Shown: positions 11,238 through 22,501, counted from the first letter of the stretch. The stretch is 64,000 nt of DNA from an uncultured Gammaproteobacteria bacterium (GCA_964603935.1 CAZRWL010000002.1:9210-73209), one strand, 5' to 3'. The notes: generated by a model not told the origin, from the letters alone. Made by a program: numbers and translations.

Positions 11238-12467
11238 ATGATGCATAAGACTATAAAAATAGATAAATGCCGCTCGTGTAAAGAGAAAAAACTTAAAAAA
11301 ATATTAAATCTTGGTAATTTTTATTTATCCAGATTCGTATCGAAAAATAGCAAATCTAAACGCTATCCGCTCTCTCTGGTTCTTTGCGTGAGATGCTTTT
11401 TACTGCAATTACAGCATACCGCACCTTCATCCTCTCTCTACACTCAAAACTATGGTTATAAATCAGGAATAAACAATACGATGTGCAAGGAATTAAAAGA
11501 AGTTACTCAGAAATCCTTGAAAATGATAGAAAAAAAATCAGAAAAAACAATATGTATTGATATAGGAGCAAATGATGGAACTCTTCTGAGTTTTTATCCT
11601 AAAAAAATATTGAAAGTTGGAGTCGAACCAATACGTAAACTTGCCGAAGAATGCAAATCGCATGCAGACATCGTTATCAATGATTTTTTTAACTATGCAG
11701 CAAATAAAAAAGTGCTCAAAAACAAAAAAGCCTCAATTATAACAGCTGTCTCCTGCTTTTATGACATCGAAGATCCAAACCTATTCGTTTCGGATATAAC
11801 AAAAATACTTGATGAAAATGGAATTTTTGTAATTCAGCAAAATTATTTAAAATCCATGCTCGAATTGAATGCATTTGACAATATTGTTCATGAACATTTG
11901 GAATATTATTCCATGACATCCTTAGCCAACTTACTTACCAGACATAATCTGGAAATATTTCATGTTGAAACCAATGGCCTAAATGGAGGAAGCTTTAGAA
12001 CATATATAGCTTTTAAAAATAAAAGAAAAATAAATAAATCTGTTATTAAGTTGTTAAATAATGAAAATAAAATTGGATTGAATAAAAAAAAAGTATTTAT
12101 AGAATTTGCTAAAAGAATCAAGAAAAATAAAAAAACTTTGAAAAAATTCATCTCAAAGCAGTTAAAAAACAATAAAAAAGTTTATATTTACGGCGCGTCA
12201 ACAAGGGGAAATACCTTAATACAGTATTACAAACTAAATAATAAACTTATAACAGCTGCCGTAGAAAGAAATCCCGAAAAATGGGGCAAGAAAATAGCTT
12301 CTTTAAATATTCCGATTATTTCCGAAAAAGAAGCAAGAATGCAAAAACCTGACTACATGTTAATTCTTCCTTGGTTTTTCAAAGATGAGTTTATTAAAAG
12401 AGAAAAAGAATATCTAAAATCGGGTGGCCGGTTCATATTTCCTCTTCCTACCCTAAAAATCATTTAG
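11238..12467 (+). CDS. NDP-sugar C-methyltransferase-like SAM methyltransferase
   Basis: N-terminal CxxC...CxxC, DIGANDG, FDNIVHEH, GGSFR, YGASTRGNT, LPWFF. Confidence 0.85.
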   Translation: MMHKTIKIDKCRSCKEKKLKKILNLGNFYLSRFVSKNSKSKRYPLSLVLCVRCFLLQLQHTAPSSSLYTQNYGYKSGINNTMCKELKEVTQKSLKMIEKKSEKTICIDIGANDGTLLSFYPKKILKVGVEPIRKLAEECKSHADIVINDFFNYAANKKVLKNKKASIITAVSCFYDIEDPNLFVSDITKILDENGIFVIQQNYLKSMLELNAFDNIVHEHLEYYSMTSLANLLTRHNLEIFHVETNGLNGGSFRTYIAFKNKRKINKSVIKLLNNENKIGLNKKKVFIEFAKRIKKNKKTLKKFISKQLKNNKKVYIYGASTRGNTLIQYYKLNNKLITAAVERNPEKWGKKIASLNIPIISEKEARMQKPDYMLILPWFFKDEFIKREKEYLKSGGRFIFPLPTLKII

Positions 12468-12470
12468 ATG

Positions 12471-13697
12471 TTATTTCTTACGTCTAAAAACTAACCAAAG
12501 ACAATAGCCTATTGCCGGAAGCTCCATGACACCGGAGATCAAAACAGAATAAGCAGCACCCAATATTCCAATATTAATAGTAAGAGGAACTATCGTAATT
12601 AACAAAACCGCAAATCTTAAAAACGTTATTCCCGCAACGTAGTTTTGCTTACTAAGAGATAAAAATAATGATGAAGTTACGCCTGAAATGCCTCTTATAA
12701 CACCGTAAATTGCCAATGGTTTCAACACGTCTGCCGTATCCTCCCATTTTTGACTGAATATTAAAATAAATAAATCTTTAGGAAAAAGAAATATTGCTAT
12801 TCCTAAAGGAATTGAAAACGCTGAAACAAACAATATTATTTTAATAAAACCTTTTTTCAGCCTCTGCATATCATCCGACATTATCGAGTAAACGGGGAAC
12901 GTTACCTTATTTGCAACATCTGTTATCTCGCTTATTGGCAGCGTTGCAATAGAATGACCCATCTGATAAATTCCCAAAGGCCCCGGACCCAAAAACTTTC
13001 CTATTGCAATATTGTCTCCTTCTGAAGCAGCATAATTAAAAATTCCAGACAGAGTCACCCATTTCCCACTATGAATAATTTTGTTAATTTTTGCCATGTT
13101 AAACTTCATGAAAGGAATAGGCTTTATCAGAATAAATGACAGAACTACTTCGAGAATAGCTCCCGATATTAATCCGAATACTAAACCTATCACGCTATTT
13201 GTAATTAAAGAAATAATTATGGCGACTAGGGAATCAAAAGCAAAAATAGACATCCTAAAATAAAATTCTTTACTGAATTTCAATTCTTTTTGAAACTTAA
13301 CTTCTGAAGGATTAATAAATCCTTTTATTACCGGAACAACACTTATTAGTAATATTATCCCCAGAGAGTGTTGGATGTTAAAAAATACGGCAATAAGCGG
13401 AGCGGTTGACATTATTAAAAGTCCAATTAAAAATCCCCTGACAATAGAAACAAGCCAGGCATCATTCACATACGAATCTACGTCGTCTTTTTCTTGTATT
13501 AAAAATACATTGATTCCCGTCTCTGTCAATATTTCCAAAAGCACTAACGCCATTGTTGCAATACCAAATACTCCAAGCTCGGATGGAGCAAGAATTCTCG
13601 CAATAATAATAATTTTTATGAATGCTATTAACCTTGAAGTAATTCTAAAAGCTGTCATCCATGAAATACCGGAAATAGCATTTTTAGAATATCCCAT
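12471..13697 (-). CDS. Wzx-type polysaccharide flippase (WzxC-like)
   Basis: ARILAPSELG, DNIAIGKFLG...LGIY motifs; about 12 TM helices. Confidence 0.85.
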   Translation of the reverse strand: MGYSKNAISGISWMTAFRITSRLIAFIKIIIIARILAPSELGVFGIATMALVLLEILTETGINVFLIQEKDDVDSYVNDAWLVSIVRGFLIGLLIMSTAPLIAVFFNIQHSLGIILLISVVPVIKGFINPSEVKFQKELKFSKEFYFRMSIFAFDSLVAIIISLITNSVIGLVFGLISGAILEVVLSFILIKPIPFMKFNMAKINKIIHSGKWVTLSGIFNYAASEGDNIAIGKFLGPGPLGIYQMGHSIATLPISEITDVANKVTFPVYSIMSDDMQRLKKGFIKIILFVSAFSIPLGIAIFLFPKDLFILIFSQKWEDTADVLKPLAIYGVIRGISGVTSSLFLSLSKQNYVAGITFLRFAVLLITIVPLTINIGILGAAYSVLISGVMELPAIGYCLWLVFRRKK

Positions 13698-13700
13698 AAC

Positions 13701-15326
13701 TCAATTATATATTGTTTTATCGTCTTTTTTGAAAATAGTTATTGTCGGAACTGAAACAAGACCTGATATGAAAAAGTTTAAGTCATTTCCGATGAATGTA
13801 TATAATATTTCAGGCGGTTTAAAATTAACTACTTCTTTATATTCTTCCTGTTTCAGTCTATCAAGCAGTTTCTTTTTACTTGAGATTTTAAAATAATCAT
13901 ATTCAAGATACCTATTTGTTATAATTATTACAGAAGGTAAATTTTTACTTGATGCATGAATTACTTCATATTTAAAATTATTCGTAGCTTTTTCCTCCGA
14001 GTAAAATTCCCTAACGGCAACGTCCGGCAATAATTGGTAAATTGGTATATTTTCTATTCCGATCAAAGAACCTTTTTTTATATTTTTTTCTATCCAGACA
14101 GATGATGTTTGCCTAACGTCAGGGAGCCATTTTATAAAAACTGTAGTCATCGACTGAAAAACTTGAATAACTACAATTAACGTAATTAAAATACTCATCT
14201 GCAATCTGGGAATGTTTAAATTTTTTGTAATTTTTTTTAAAAAGGATGCCGATAATAAAGCGAAAAAAGGCAGCAAAACCAATAGTCTATTGCCACTGGC
14301 TCCAACCCTAAGAGGAATTAAGCTAAGAAGAAACATTAAAAAACAAAATAATAAGAAAAATTCATTTTTATATAATTGAGTCTTCTTCAGTAAATATTTT
14401 ATTGATAAAAATATCCAATAAATTATTCCAAACACGTAAACAGCAAAAAAACCATATCCAAAATCTATAGGGAAAATCTTAAAATACAAATACTGCCACC
14501 AACTTCCAAACTCGGTCAAAAGATTTTCAAACCCATTTGACCCTGATACCAAATTTGAGTATAGAAACTCTTTATAACTTCCTTTTCCCAAGACTAAATC
14601 CGGAGTTCCTAAAAAAATAACTGTAATAAAAAAGACTAACTGACCAAAAAAAAGATTTCTGAAATTTATTTTTTGAGAAAATACAAAAAATGAAACTATA
14701 TAGACTATCAAAATGGGAAGGGCGCTGATTTTTGTCGCAACTCCAAGCCCGCAAAAAATTCCGGCGATCAGATAATTTTTCAACGTTGGCCTTGATCCAA
14801 ATTTAAACAAATACAATAAAGACAAACTTATCCAAAACACAAGCGCTATGTCGTATTTAAAATAATTGCCTAATGACAGCCATAGAGGAGAAAACACAAA
14901 TAAAATAGCCGAAACGGATGAATTTACCCTGAGATAATCTCTGGCAATCTTTGCGATAACAATTATCGAAAATGCACCAAAAAGAAAAGTATTGATCCTC
15001 AATATTTCAAATAGACTTTGCTGAACATTAAGAAATTCCGTTGAAGATTTAATTATGAAAGGATTAATTATGTGAAGCGCAAAAAAGGGAATAAGATATA
15101 ATCCGGATAAGATAAAATGAAACATAGTTCCATGAGCCGAACCGGGAACATTTGCTGAAAAATTTTCAAATGTTGCTCTTATTGCCTGAAGCTGGTGCCA
15201 CTCGTCCATTTGATAATTAAACGGATGAGATAGGTTGGGTATTCCCCAATCTATTATACTAATCATTAAGACTACGTAGCACAATGTAATGAAAATTGTA
15301 AATTTATTTCCGCGAATAAATTCCAT
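13701..15326 (-). CDS. GT-C glycosyltransferase (PMT/ArnT-like)
   Basis: WGIP...MDE loop, KYD, GLGVATK motif, multi-TM. Confidence 0.7.
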   Translation of the reverse strand: MEFIRGNKFTIFITLCYVVLMISIIDWGIPNLSHPFNYQMDEWHQLQAIRATFENFSANVPGSAHGTMFHFILSGLYLIPFFALHIINPFIIKSSTEFLNVQQSLFEILRINTFLFGAFSIIVIAKIARDYLRVNSSVSAILFVFSPLWLSLGNYFKYDIALVFWISLSLLYLFKFGSRPTLKNYLIAGIFCGLGVATKISALPILIVYIVSFFVFSQKINFRNLFFGQLVFFITVIFLGTPDLVLGKGSYKEFLYSNLVSGSNGFENLLTEFGSWWQYLYFKIFPIDFGYGFFAVYVFGIIYWIFLSIKYLLKKTQLYKNEFFLLFCFLMFLLSLIPLRVGASGNRLLVLLPFFALLSASFLKKITKNLNIPRLQMSILITLIVVIQVFQSMTTVFIKWLPDVRQTSSVWIEKNIKKGSLIGIENIPIYQLLPDVAVREFYSEEKATNNFKYEVIHASSKNLPSVIIITNRYLEYDYFKISSKKKLLDRLKQEEYKEVVNFKPPEILYTFIGNDLNFFISGLVSVPTITIFKKDDKTIYN

Positions 15327-15332
15327 ACGTTT

Positions 15333-16976
15333 CTAATTAGAATAAATATAGAAATTTCGAGTAATTTTTTTTAATTTATAGTTCGTTAAGATGTGTCTTC
15401 TTAGAACATTTAATTTTTTGTCTTCAAAGTCTGCTTCTTTTTCTATCTCTCCTTTTCTCTGCAATAAAACTACCAAATTTTTGGTGTCATTCATATCCCG
15501 AATTACTCTTGCCTGATCTTCCAATCTGAACTTATAAAAGAAATTAAAGTATGATGCATTATTTTTTTCCGTCAAAAAGTTAAACAGCGGACAGTATGGA
15601 AAACAAAGCAACTTGGTATTTGCTGAAGTTGTCTTGGTATAGCTTACAATAGATTCTAAATCTTTCTTTTGACTTGTCGGAATTCTAATATACTTAGCTT
15701 CTTTTACGTCAAGGTTGTCATACGCTTCTCTCCTAAATCCTATTCCATACAGCTTACCGTAGGTCTGAATAAGGTAAAAAATTGATGGAAGAATAAATAA
15801 AGCTAAAGCAGTGACATTAATAAAAGATAGTCGATATTTTTTAAATATCGGGATAAAACTAATAATAAGAGGTATATATAATGGGGATACAACGATAACA
15901 GTCGTATAATCTCTGCCAGAAAAAGAGCTAGCTAAAAAAATGCTAAGTGCTGAAATAGAAGTAACTGTTATGTTTTTCTTATTCTCATCCTTAGACTTGA
16001 AGAAAAGAGCTAGCGAAACTATTGGCGCTATGAAAAAAAATATAAAGTAATAAATTGATATGTCTTTGTAGAAAAAAAACACATAATTAATCCTGCTGGG
16101 GGCAATAAGAATGTATAGTCCAAAAAAAGCAAAAAAGAACAACAATACATATGCCATTTTTTTTAAAGAGAATTTTTTCATATAGTTAACAGTGAATAAA
16201 ACGAATGGAATAAACAGCAATGACGTTAATATGAACGGCATTCTGTCATTTTTTACAGATGAAGCAAAGGAAAATAAATTATACCTTAACTCGTACAAAG
16301 AATTATTTAGGTAAAAGTATAGTAAAAAAATACTTAACAATAGTAAATTTCCCAACAAGAAATAAAATAAATTTTTAACCAAATATTTACGCTTTGTAAA
16401 GAAAAAAATTAAAACAAGAAATGTAAAGAAAAATATTCCTCCATAACTCTGTTTAAAAACAACAATAATAAAACTTACAAGTCCGGTTAAAAAGGAATAA
16501 GGCTTTAAACTGCTATCTTCTTTAATTTTATTAAAAAGTAAAAATCCCGCCAAAATCAGTAGCAAAGCTTCTACGTTGTATGAAGCAAATCTTCTTTCTC
16601 CGGCATAAATAATTCCTAAAGATAATAAAAAAACATAATTAAAATAGGTAGAAAACCTGAATAGCTTAGAGCTTAATATCAAAAGTAAGATTACACAAAA
16701 GACATAAAGAATTCTGTCTACAATCATATAACTGCCAAATAGCTTCATTATTAAAGCCTGGAAATAAAATGCTCCGGGAGTAATTGCTAAAGAAAAATCT
16801 TTATAAGGAATTTCTCCTCTGCTTATTTTTCCGGCAATATCTAGAAGAAATCCCTCGTCTCTATAATTTATGTTAAGATTGAAAATTTGCAACTGCAGCA
16901 ACAAAAAAAATATGATTCCAACGGAAATCGGTGAAAGAAAAAAAATCCTGAGTCTTAAGGATTTTAAAAAATTCAT
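15333..16976 (-). CDS. GT-C-like membrane glycosyltransferase
   Basis: RDEG...G.IPYKDF...TPG motif and FKQ; start placed at the ATG at 16976, just after the upstream stop. Confidence 0.65.
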   Translation of the reverse strand: MNFLKSLRLRIFFLSPISVGIIFFLLLQLQIFNLNINYRDEGFLLDIAGKISRGEIPYKDFSLAITPGAFYFQALIMKLFGSYMIVDRILYVFCVILLLILSSKLFRFSTYFNYVFLLSLGIIYAGERRFASYNVEALLLILAGFLLFNKIKEDSSLKPYSFLTGLVSFIIVVFKQSYGGIFFFTFLVLIFFFTKRKYLVKNLFYFLLGNLLLLSIFLLYFYLNNSLYELRYNLFSFASSVKNDRMPFILTSLLFIPFVLFTVNYMKKFSLKKMAYVLLFFFAFFGLYILIAPSRINYVFFFYKDISIYYFIFFFIAPIVSLALFFKSKDENKKNITVTSISALSIFLASSFSGRDYTTVIVVSPLYIPLIISFIPIFKKYRLSFINVTALALFILPSIFYLIQTYGKLYGIGFRREAYDNLDVKEAKYIRIPTSQKKDLESIVSYTKTTSANTKLLCFPYCPLFNFLTEKNNASYFNFFYKFRLEDQARVIRDMNDTKNLVVLLQRKGEIEKEADFEDKKLNVLRRHILTNYKLKKITRNFYIYSN

Positions 16977-16977
16977 G

Positions 16978-17904
16978 CTATAAGATTCCTTTAATTGTTC
17001 CAACCATCACCGCTATATCACTTGTAATCTGGATTAGTGGCAAAAATAAAAAAGCTCTCCAATCATTCACGTATTTAAAGTTTTTAGCTATAGACCATAA
17101 AATGTAAATAGTAACCATAAAATATAGAATATTAAGTAATATATAAGATTTTAATATTAAAAAAAATAAAGTTAAAGTAACAAATAAAAAATATCGCAAA
17201 AATATAAATTTCACTTTAGGTCTCAAAATTCGGGATTCAGCATCTCCTTTTGCAAAACGGTAAAACATTGTAAAAGCGTCTTTAATATTAGTTCTTGGCA
17301 GCCAATAAACAATTGCATTTTTTACAAATACAATGCTGGCATTTATTTTTTTTAGCCGTTTTGCAAAAACGTAATCTTCATTATGAGAATATCTCTCGTT
17401 AAATCTTCCAGCGTTTTCCCAAACAAATTTTCTAAAAGCCATAGACCTTGTTGCGGGAAGAAAATTATCAGCGTTGATTTTGTCCGGCATCACCAAAACA
17501 TAAGGAATTAAACATTTTTCAAAAGTTGTTTTAGACAAACCTCTATAATATCCTGCTACAACATCCGTATTTTGTTTTTTAAAAGGCTCTGTTATATTTT
17601 TTATCCAGTCTTTATCCAAAATACATCCTGCATCCGAACAAACAATAATCTCATTGCTTGCGTTTTTAATTGCCTCATTCCTGCCAACAGCCCTATTTCC
17701 TTTTTTAATAAGAAGTTTGAACCTTACTCCGGTTTTCTTAATTCTTGATTTGTAATTCTTAATTACCTCAACCGTCGCATCGGTTGAGCCTCCATCAGCA
17801 ATAACAATTTCGTCCGGCATCCTGGATTGACTAAGCAGTGATTTCACAAAACGCCCTATGGTTGATTCCTCATTGAAAACAGTGGCTACAAAGGAAATTT
17901 CCAT
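16978..17904 (-). CDS. GT2 glycosyltransferase with C-terminal TM helices
   Basis: TVFNEE, DGGSTD, GRNEAI, SDAGC, NED motifs. Confidence 0.85.
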   Translation of the reverse strand: MEISFVATVFNEESTIGRFVKSLLSQSRMPDEIVIADGGSTDATVEVIKNYKSRIKKTGVRFKLLIKKGNRAVGRNEAIKNASNEIIVCSDAGCILDKDWIKNITEPFKKQNTDVVAGYYRGLSKTTFEKCLIPYVLVMPDKINADNFLPATRSMAFRKFVWENAGRFNERYSHNEDYVFAKRLKKINASIVFVKNAIVYWLPRTNIKDAFTMFYRFAKGDAESRILRPKVKFIFLRYFLFVTLTLFFLILKSYILLNILYFMVTIYILWSIAKNFKYVNDWRAFLFLPLIQITSDIAVMVGTIKGIL

Positions 17905-17978
17905 AACTATTCCTTGATATTATAACAGCCTTAATCTTATTTTGTTTTAGCTCAATAAGTGATAAAATGCAATGAATA

Positions 17979-18878
17979 ATGAAACAGTTGGATTTATCAA
18001 TTGTCATATGTAACTACAACACGAGAAACATTTTAAAAAATACACTTTCCTCTATATATGAATACTCAAAGACCATTACTTTTGAAATAATTATAGTCGA
18101 TGACAGATCAACAGACGGGTCATCAGAAATGGTTAGAAACTATTTTCCCAAAGTTAGAGTTTGGAAAAATGCTAAAAATTTCGGCTATAGCAAGAGTTGC
18201 AACATAGGAACCAAGCTTGCCAAAGGCAAATACATTCTCCAATTAAATTCAGACGTAAATTTTACCAAAAATACCAACATAAAATTAGCTATAGAATTTA
18301 TGAACAATAATCCAAATGCAGGTATTTGCGGCTGCAAAATATTAAGGCGCGATGGCTCATTGGATTTGGCTTGTAGGCATGCTCTGCCAACCATAAAAAA
18401 TTCTTTATTTCAACCTTTTAGTTTGTATAAATTACTTCCTAAAGTTAGATCGACAAACTACTACATGACATATCTTCCTGATGACCGAATTGCAAAAGTA
18501 GGAGGTTTAGGTGCGTTCATGATTGTAAGAAAAGATTTAATAAGAGACATAGGATATTTAGACGAAAAATTCTTTATTTATTGCGAAGATACTGATTATT
18601 GCTATAGAGCGATAAAAGCAGGATGGGATATATATTACTTTCCAAAAGTTGAAGTTGTACACATGCACGGAGGAACAACCAAGCAACTCAAAACAAAAGC
18701 TTTGTTGTTCTTCCATAAAGGAGTTTTCTTGTTCTATAGAAAACATTTCGCAAGCAAAAATTTTTTCTTATTAAATTTCATAGTTTACGCGGGAATCTCA
18801 ATAAGATTAATTATATTTTTAACAGTAGAGCTGATAATGCATTTCAAGCAAAAAATTAGAAAAACTACAAATGACTGA
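17979..18878 (+). CDS. GT2 glycosyltransferase (WbbL/rhamnosyltransferase-like)
   Basis: SIVICNYN, VDDRSTDGS, LNSD, LDEKFFIYCEDTD. Confidence 0.85.
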   Translation: MKQLDLSIVICNYNTRNILKNTLSSIYEYSKTITFEIIIVDDRSTDGSSEMVRNYFPKVRVWKNAKNFGYSKSCNIGTKLAKGKYILQLNSDVNFTKNTNIKLAIEFMNNNPNAGICGCKILRRDGSLDLACRHALPTIKNSLFQPFSLYKLLPKVRSTNYYMTYLPDDRIAKVGGLGAFMIVRKDLIRDIGYLDEKFFIYCEDTDYCYRAIKAGWDIYYFPKVEVVHMHGGTTKQLKTKALLFFHKGVFLFYRKHFASKNFFLLNFIVYAGISIRLIIFLTVELIMHFKQKIRKTTND

Positions 18879-20622
18879 TCCATACAAAATGATATTTATT
18901 AATCTCATTGCCTCATTAGTATTGCTGTTATCATTATTTTCCTACAGATTCATATATCCCAAGAAAAATATAAATTTGCTATTACTTCTTGTATTAATTA
19001 GTCTAATTCCCCTAATAAGCGTATTGAGAAAAGGAACTTACGAGAGCGGGGACTTAACCATACACACTCAATTCCTGATGTCTTTTTATGAATCCCTTAG
19101 AGACGGTAATTTTATACCCCGCTGGAGCAGTCAAATAATTTATGGCTATGGTTACCCCCTCTTTATCTTCGCGTATCCTCTGCCCTATTATCTAGGATCA
19201 TTTTTTCATTTTTTAGGCTTTAATTTTGTTGATAGTTTAAAAATTGTTTTGGCTTCATCCTTTATATTATCAGGCATAACAATGTACCTATTCATAAAAG
19301 AAGAGTTAAAAAATAAACTCTCAGCATTTGTTGCAGCGTTAACCTATATTTTCGCGCCTTACCACCTCATTGATTTACATTTTAGAGCAGCAATTGGAGA
19401 AGTAATAGCTTTTTCTATTCTTCCTCTTTGTTTTTTTACAATAAAGAAGATTTCAAATCACTTATCCCTAAAATGGTTTTCATTATCCGCAACAAGCTTC
19501 GCACTTCTTATCCTCTCTCATCAAGCTATTTCATTAACGCTTTTACCTTTTATTGTTATTTATTGCATTTATTTATGGGCTATTAAAAACAGGAAAAAAT
19601 TTAAAGATATTTTTTATCCAATTTTTTCTATTGTTTTTGGAATTCTTTTATCCTCTTTTTATTGGCTGCCTGTAATACTAGAGTCGAAATACATTAATTT
19701 ATTAACTAACGGAACAATATCATTTATTAAGCTCAATGAAATTGTTTATTCTCCATGGAAAGCGGGGCTTTTATTTCAAGGACCACACGGAGAATTATCT
19801 TTCATGCTTGGTTATGCCCAGTGGATTATTATAGTTTTTTCTGTAATTTTATTGCTTAAAAATAAAATTAATCCTGACAAAAGAACATTGTACTTAATTT
19901 CTCTAATTTCTTTTTCCATCCTGCTTGCTATGACTCAGTCTTTTTCCAAACCAATATGGATGAGCATTCCCCTTCTTAGGGGGTTTCAATATTCATTCAG
20001 AATGCTCCTGTTAACTTCTTTTTTTGTTTCGATAATTGCAGGCATAACAGTAAAAAATATTTCCAATAGGTTATTTCTTATTGCATTATGCTTCTTAATA
20101 ATATTTTCAACTGTTCTCAATTGGGGGAACAGAAAAACTCTTCCCCAGTTAGACGAGGTCGCTATTCAACTCAACTTTCCAAATTCAATAACAAAATTAG
20201 GCGAAGGCACAACCATTTGGGTCGACTCTAATAAATTTTCTTCAAATCAAAGAACTGTTCCTCATATAATTACTCTTCAAGGTAAAGCCGAAATTATTGA
20301 AAAACAGAGAAGTTCCGTAAGACACGAATATTTAATTAAAGTTTTTTCTCGAAACACTCAATTCAAAGAAAATACTTTATATTTTCCGGGCTGGAATGTA
20401 AAAGTTGACAATCAATATTACCCTATTAATTTTACTTCCAAATTATCACCGGGAATAATAAATTTTACTCTGAATGAAGGAGTATACAAGGTAGAAATAA
20501 TTTTTGTGAATACGCAAGTCAGATTTTTTTCGAATCTATTGAGCAGTTTCTCGTTCTTCACCTTAGCGCTACTATCCTTAATCTTTCTGTTTAGGAAAAG
20601 GCGTAAAAATATTCTGGTATAA
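18871..20622 (+). CDS. PTPS-related / YfhO-like GT-C membrane protein
   Basis: PRWS...GYGYPLFIFAYPLPYY, APYH, LSSFYWLP, YFPGW motifs. Confidence 0.75.
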   Translation: MTDPYKMIFINLIASLVLLLSLFSYRFIYPKKNINLLLLLVLISLIPLISVLRKGTYESGDLTIHTQFLMSFYESLRDGNFIPRWSSQIIYGYGYPLFIFAYPLPYYLGSFFHFLGFNFVDSLKIVLASSFILSGITMYLFIKEELKNKLSAFVAALTYIFAPYHLIDLHFRAAIGEVIAFSILPLCFFTIKKISNHLSLKWFSLSATSFALLILSHQAISLTLLPFIVIYCIYLWAIKNRKKFKDIFYPIFSIVFGILLSSFYWLPVILESKYINLLTNGTISFIKLNEIVYSPWKAGLLFQGPHGELSFMLGYAQWIIIVFSVILLLKNKINPDKRTLYLISLISFSILLAMTQSFSKPIWMSIPLLRGFQYSFRMLLLTSFFVSIIAGITVKNISNRLFLIALCFLIIFSTVLNWGNRKTLPQLDEVAIQLNFPNSITKLGEGTTIWVDSNKFSSNQRTVPHIITLQGKAEIIEKQRSSVRHEYLIKVFSRNTQFKENTLYFPGWNVKVDNQYYPINFTSKLSPGIINFTLNEGVYKVEIIFVNTQVRFFSNLLSSFSFFTLALLSLIFLFRKRRKNILV

Positions 20623-20633
20623 TCCAATCATCT

Positions 20634-21464
20634 ATGGCAAGAGTAAACCCTAAAATTTATGATAAAGAATACTACCTAAACATATGTCTTGGATCTGCTG
20701 AATTTAAAAAAAATAAGGGTAAATATATACATCCAACTTGGGAAAATTATTTAAAAGACCTGCCAATAAATAAAGATTCTAAAATACTTGATGTTGGATG
20801 CGGCAGAGGGGATATCGCAATTCATCTAGCCAAAAAAGCAAAGCTTGTTATCGGAATCGACTACTCTAAAGATGGGATATCCATAGCAAATAAAATAAGA
20901 GAAGGACTTGATAAATCCATACAAAAGAAAACTAAATTCAAGATAATGGACATAAAAAAAATATATTTCCCCAATAATTACTTTGATACTGTAATTTGCA
21001 TAGATGTTCTTGAACATTTATATAAAACAGAAGCTGAAAAAGCCATGCAAGAAATTTCAAGGGTGCTCAAGAAAAATGGAACCCTTTTTGTTCATACAGG
21101 GCCAAATAAAATTTTATATGACATAGTTTATAAATGGTATGTTCTGCCACTAAACAGACTTCTTACAAAACTTGATCAAATATTTAAAAGAAGAAAATAT
21201 AACCCCCTTCCAAGCGATCCCCGAATTCCAATTGAAAAGATACAGCATGTCAACGAACCAACATACTTCTATCTTAAAAAACTGTTTAAAAAACATAACT
21301 TTGAAGGAAAACTACAAGTTAAGATAGGATATTTAAAGCCTGTAAGAAGCCTGAGAACTCATATTTACAATGCAATAATCGCCATGTACCCATTGTCTAA
21401 AATCTACCCTCTAAATACTCTTTTTGGATGGGCTTTTATTGCTGAACTAAAAAAATCCAAATGA
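20634..21464 (+). CDS. Class I SAM-dependent methyltransferase
   Basis: ILDVGCGRG, FDTVICIDVLEH, RVLKKNG. Confidence 0.85.
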   Translation: MARVNPKIYDKEYYLNICLGSAEFKKNKGKYIHPTWENYLKDLPINKDSKILDVGCGRGDIAIHLAKKAKLVIGIDYSKDGISIANKIREGLDKSIQKKTKFKIMDIKKIYFPNNYFDTVICIDVLEHLYKTEAEKAMQEISRVLKKNGTLFVHTGPNKILYDIVYKWYVLPLNRLLTKLDQIFKRRKYNPLPSDPRIPIEKIQHVNEPTYFYLKKLFKKHNFEGKLQVKIGYLKPVRSLRTHIYNAIIAMYPLSKIYPLNTLFGWAFIAELKKSK

Positions 21465-22501
21465 CAAACAGAAAAGTTCTTAAAGAGATGATAGCGGAAC
21501 TAAAAAAAGCTCCTCCGATTTATCATCCATCTGATTTTTGGATAAAGCTAAACAAATTACACAACAGGCAGCTGCTATATGCCGGCTTTAATAATTTTAA
21601 AAGATCCATTATTGTACATTATTTTAATTGGAAAATTTTGCGTATCATCAGGGATCAATTTCTACCCATGTTTTCGGAGCTTGCTAAAGGAAATTTTAAA
21701 CCTATATTAAGCAGCACATTTAATAATCCCAAATCGAAATTCCGTCCCTACACAACATCTTTTAATCCCATATCCGCATTCATATATAAAGTTCATGTAT
21801 CTGCTTTAAAAGATTATGTTTATCGCAAAGATAAGCTAAAATTATTGGACCGCCTTACCGAACCTCCCATTGGCAACCCTTTTCTTGTTATTTATAATAA
21901 TAAGGAAATTTCTCAGGATTTATCTAACTCCGTGCACGAATTTTATAGCATAACAGAAAAAGTGCACATGCAAAAAATAAGGAATATAGCAGAAATAGGC
22001 GCCGGATACGGCAGATTGGCATATGTATTCTTAAACGCACAGCCTAAAGCTTCGTACTGCATCATCGATATTCCCCCTGCCCTCTTCATAGCTCAAGAAT
22101 ACCTTTCAAGAATATTTCCAAAAGAGAAAATTTTCCGCTTCAGACCATTCTCATCATTTAAGGAAATAAAAGAAGAGTTTGAAGCATCCCGAATTAAATT
22201 TATCATGGCCCATCAAATAGAGCTTTTGCCAGATAAATATTTCGACCTTATGATCACAATCAGCTCACTACACGAAATGACCAGGGAACAAATTAGAAAT
22301 TATCTTAATCAGGTCAACCGCTTAAGCAATGGATATTTTTATACCAAACAATGGATAATATCTTACGCAAAAGATAATTTCAGAATAAGAGAAAACGAAT
22401 ATCCGATACCTAAAAACTGGTCTGCAGTTTATAAGCATAGACATCCTATTCAAAGATTTTTTTTTGAAGCGCTTTACAAAATAAATAAGACAAAGTTATA
22501 A
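21461..22501 (+). CDS. Putative sugar O-methyltransferase
   Basis: PSDFW N-terminal motif, EIGAGYGRLA, IIDIPPAL..AQEYL, SLHEM. Confidence 0.75.
   Translation: MTNRKVLKEMIAELKKAPPIYHPSDFWIKLNKLHNRQLLYAGFNNFKRSIIVHYFNWKILRIIRDQFLPMFSELAKGNFKPILSSTFNNPKSKFRPYTTSFNPISAFIYKVHVSALKDYVYRKDKLKLLDRLTEPPIGNPFLVIYNNKEISQDLSNSVHEFYSITEKVHMQKIRNIAEIGAGYGRLAYVFLNAQPKASYCIIDIPPALFIAQEYLSRIFPKEKIFRFRPFSSFKEIKEEFEASRIKFIMAHQIELLPDKYFDLMITISSLHEMTREQIRNYLNQVNRLSNGYFYTKQWIISYAKDNFRIRENEYPIPKNWSAVYKHRHPIQRFFFEALYKINKTKL

Noticed and set aside
6470-12092. A/T homopolymers of about 9 nt in glycan genes as phase-variation switches
   Set aside because: Such runs are expected at this AT content and all the host ORFs are intact.
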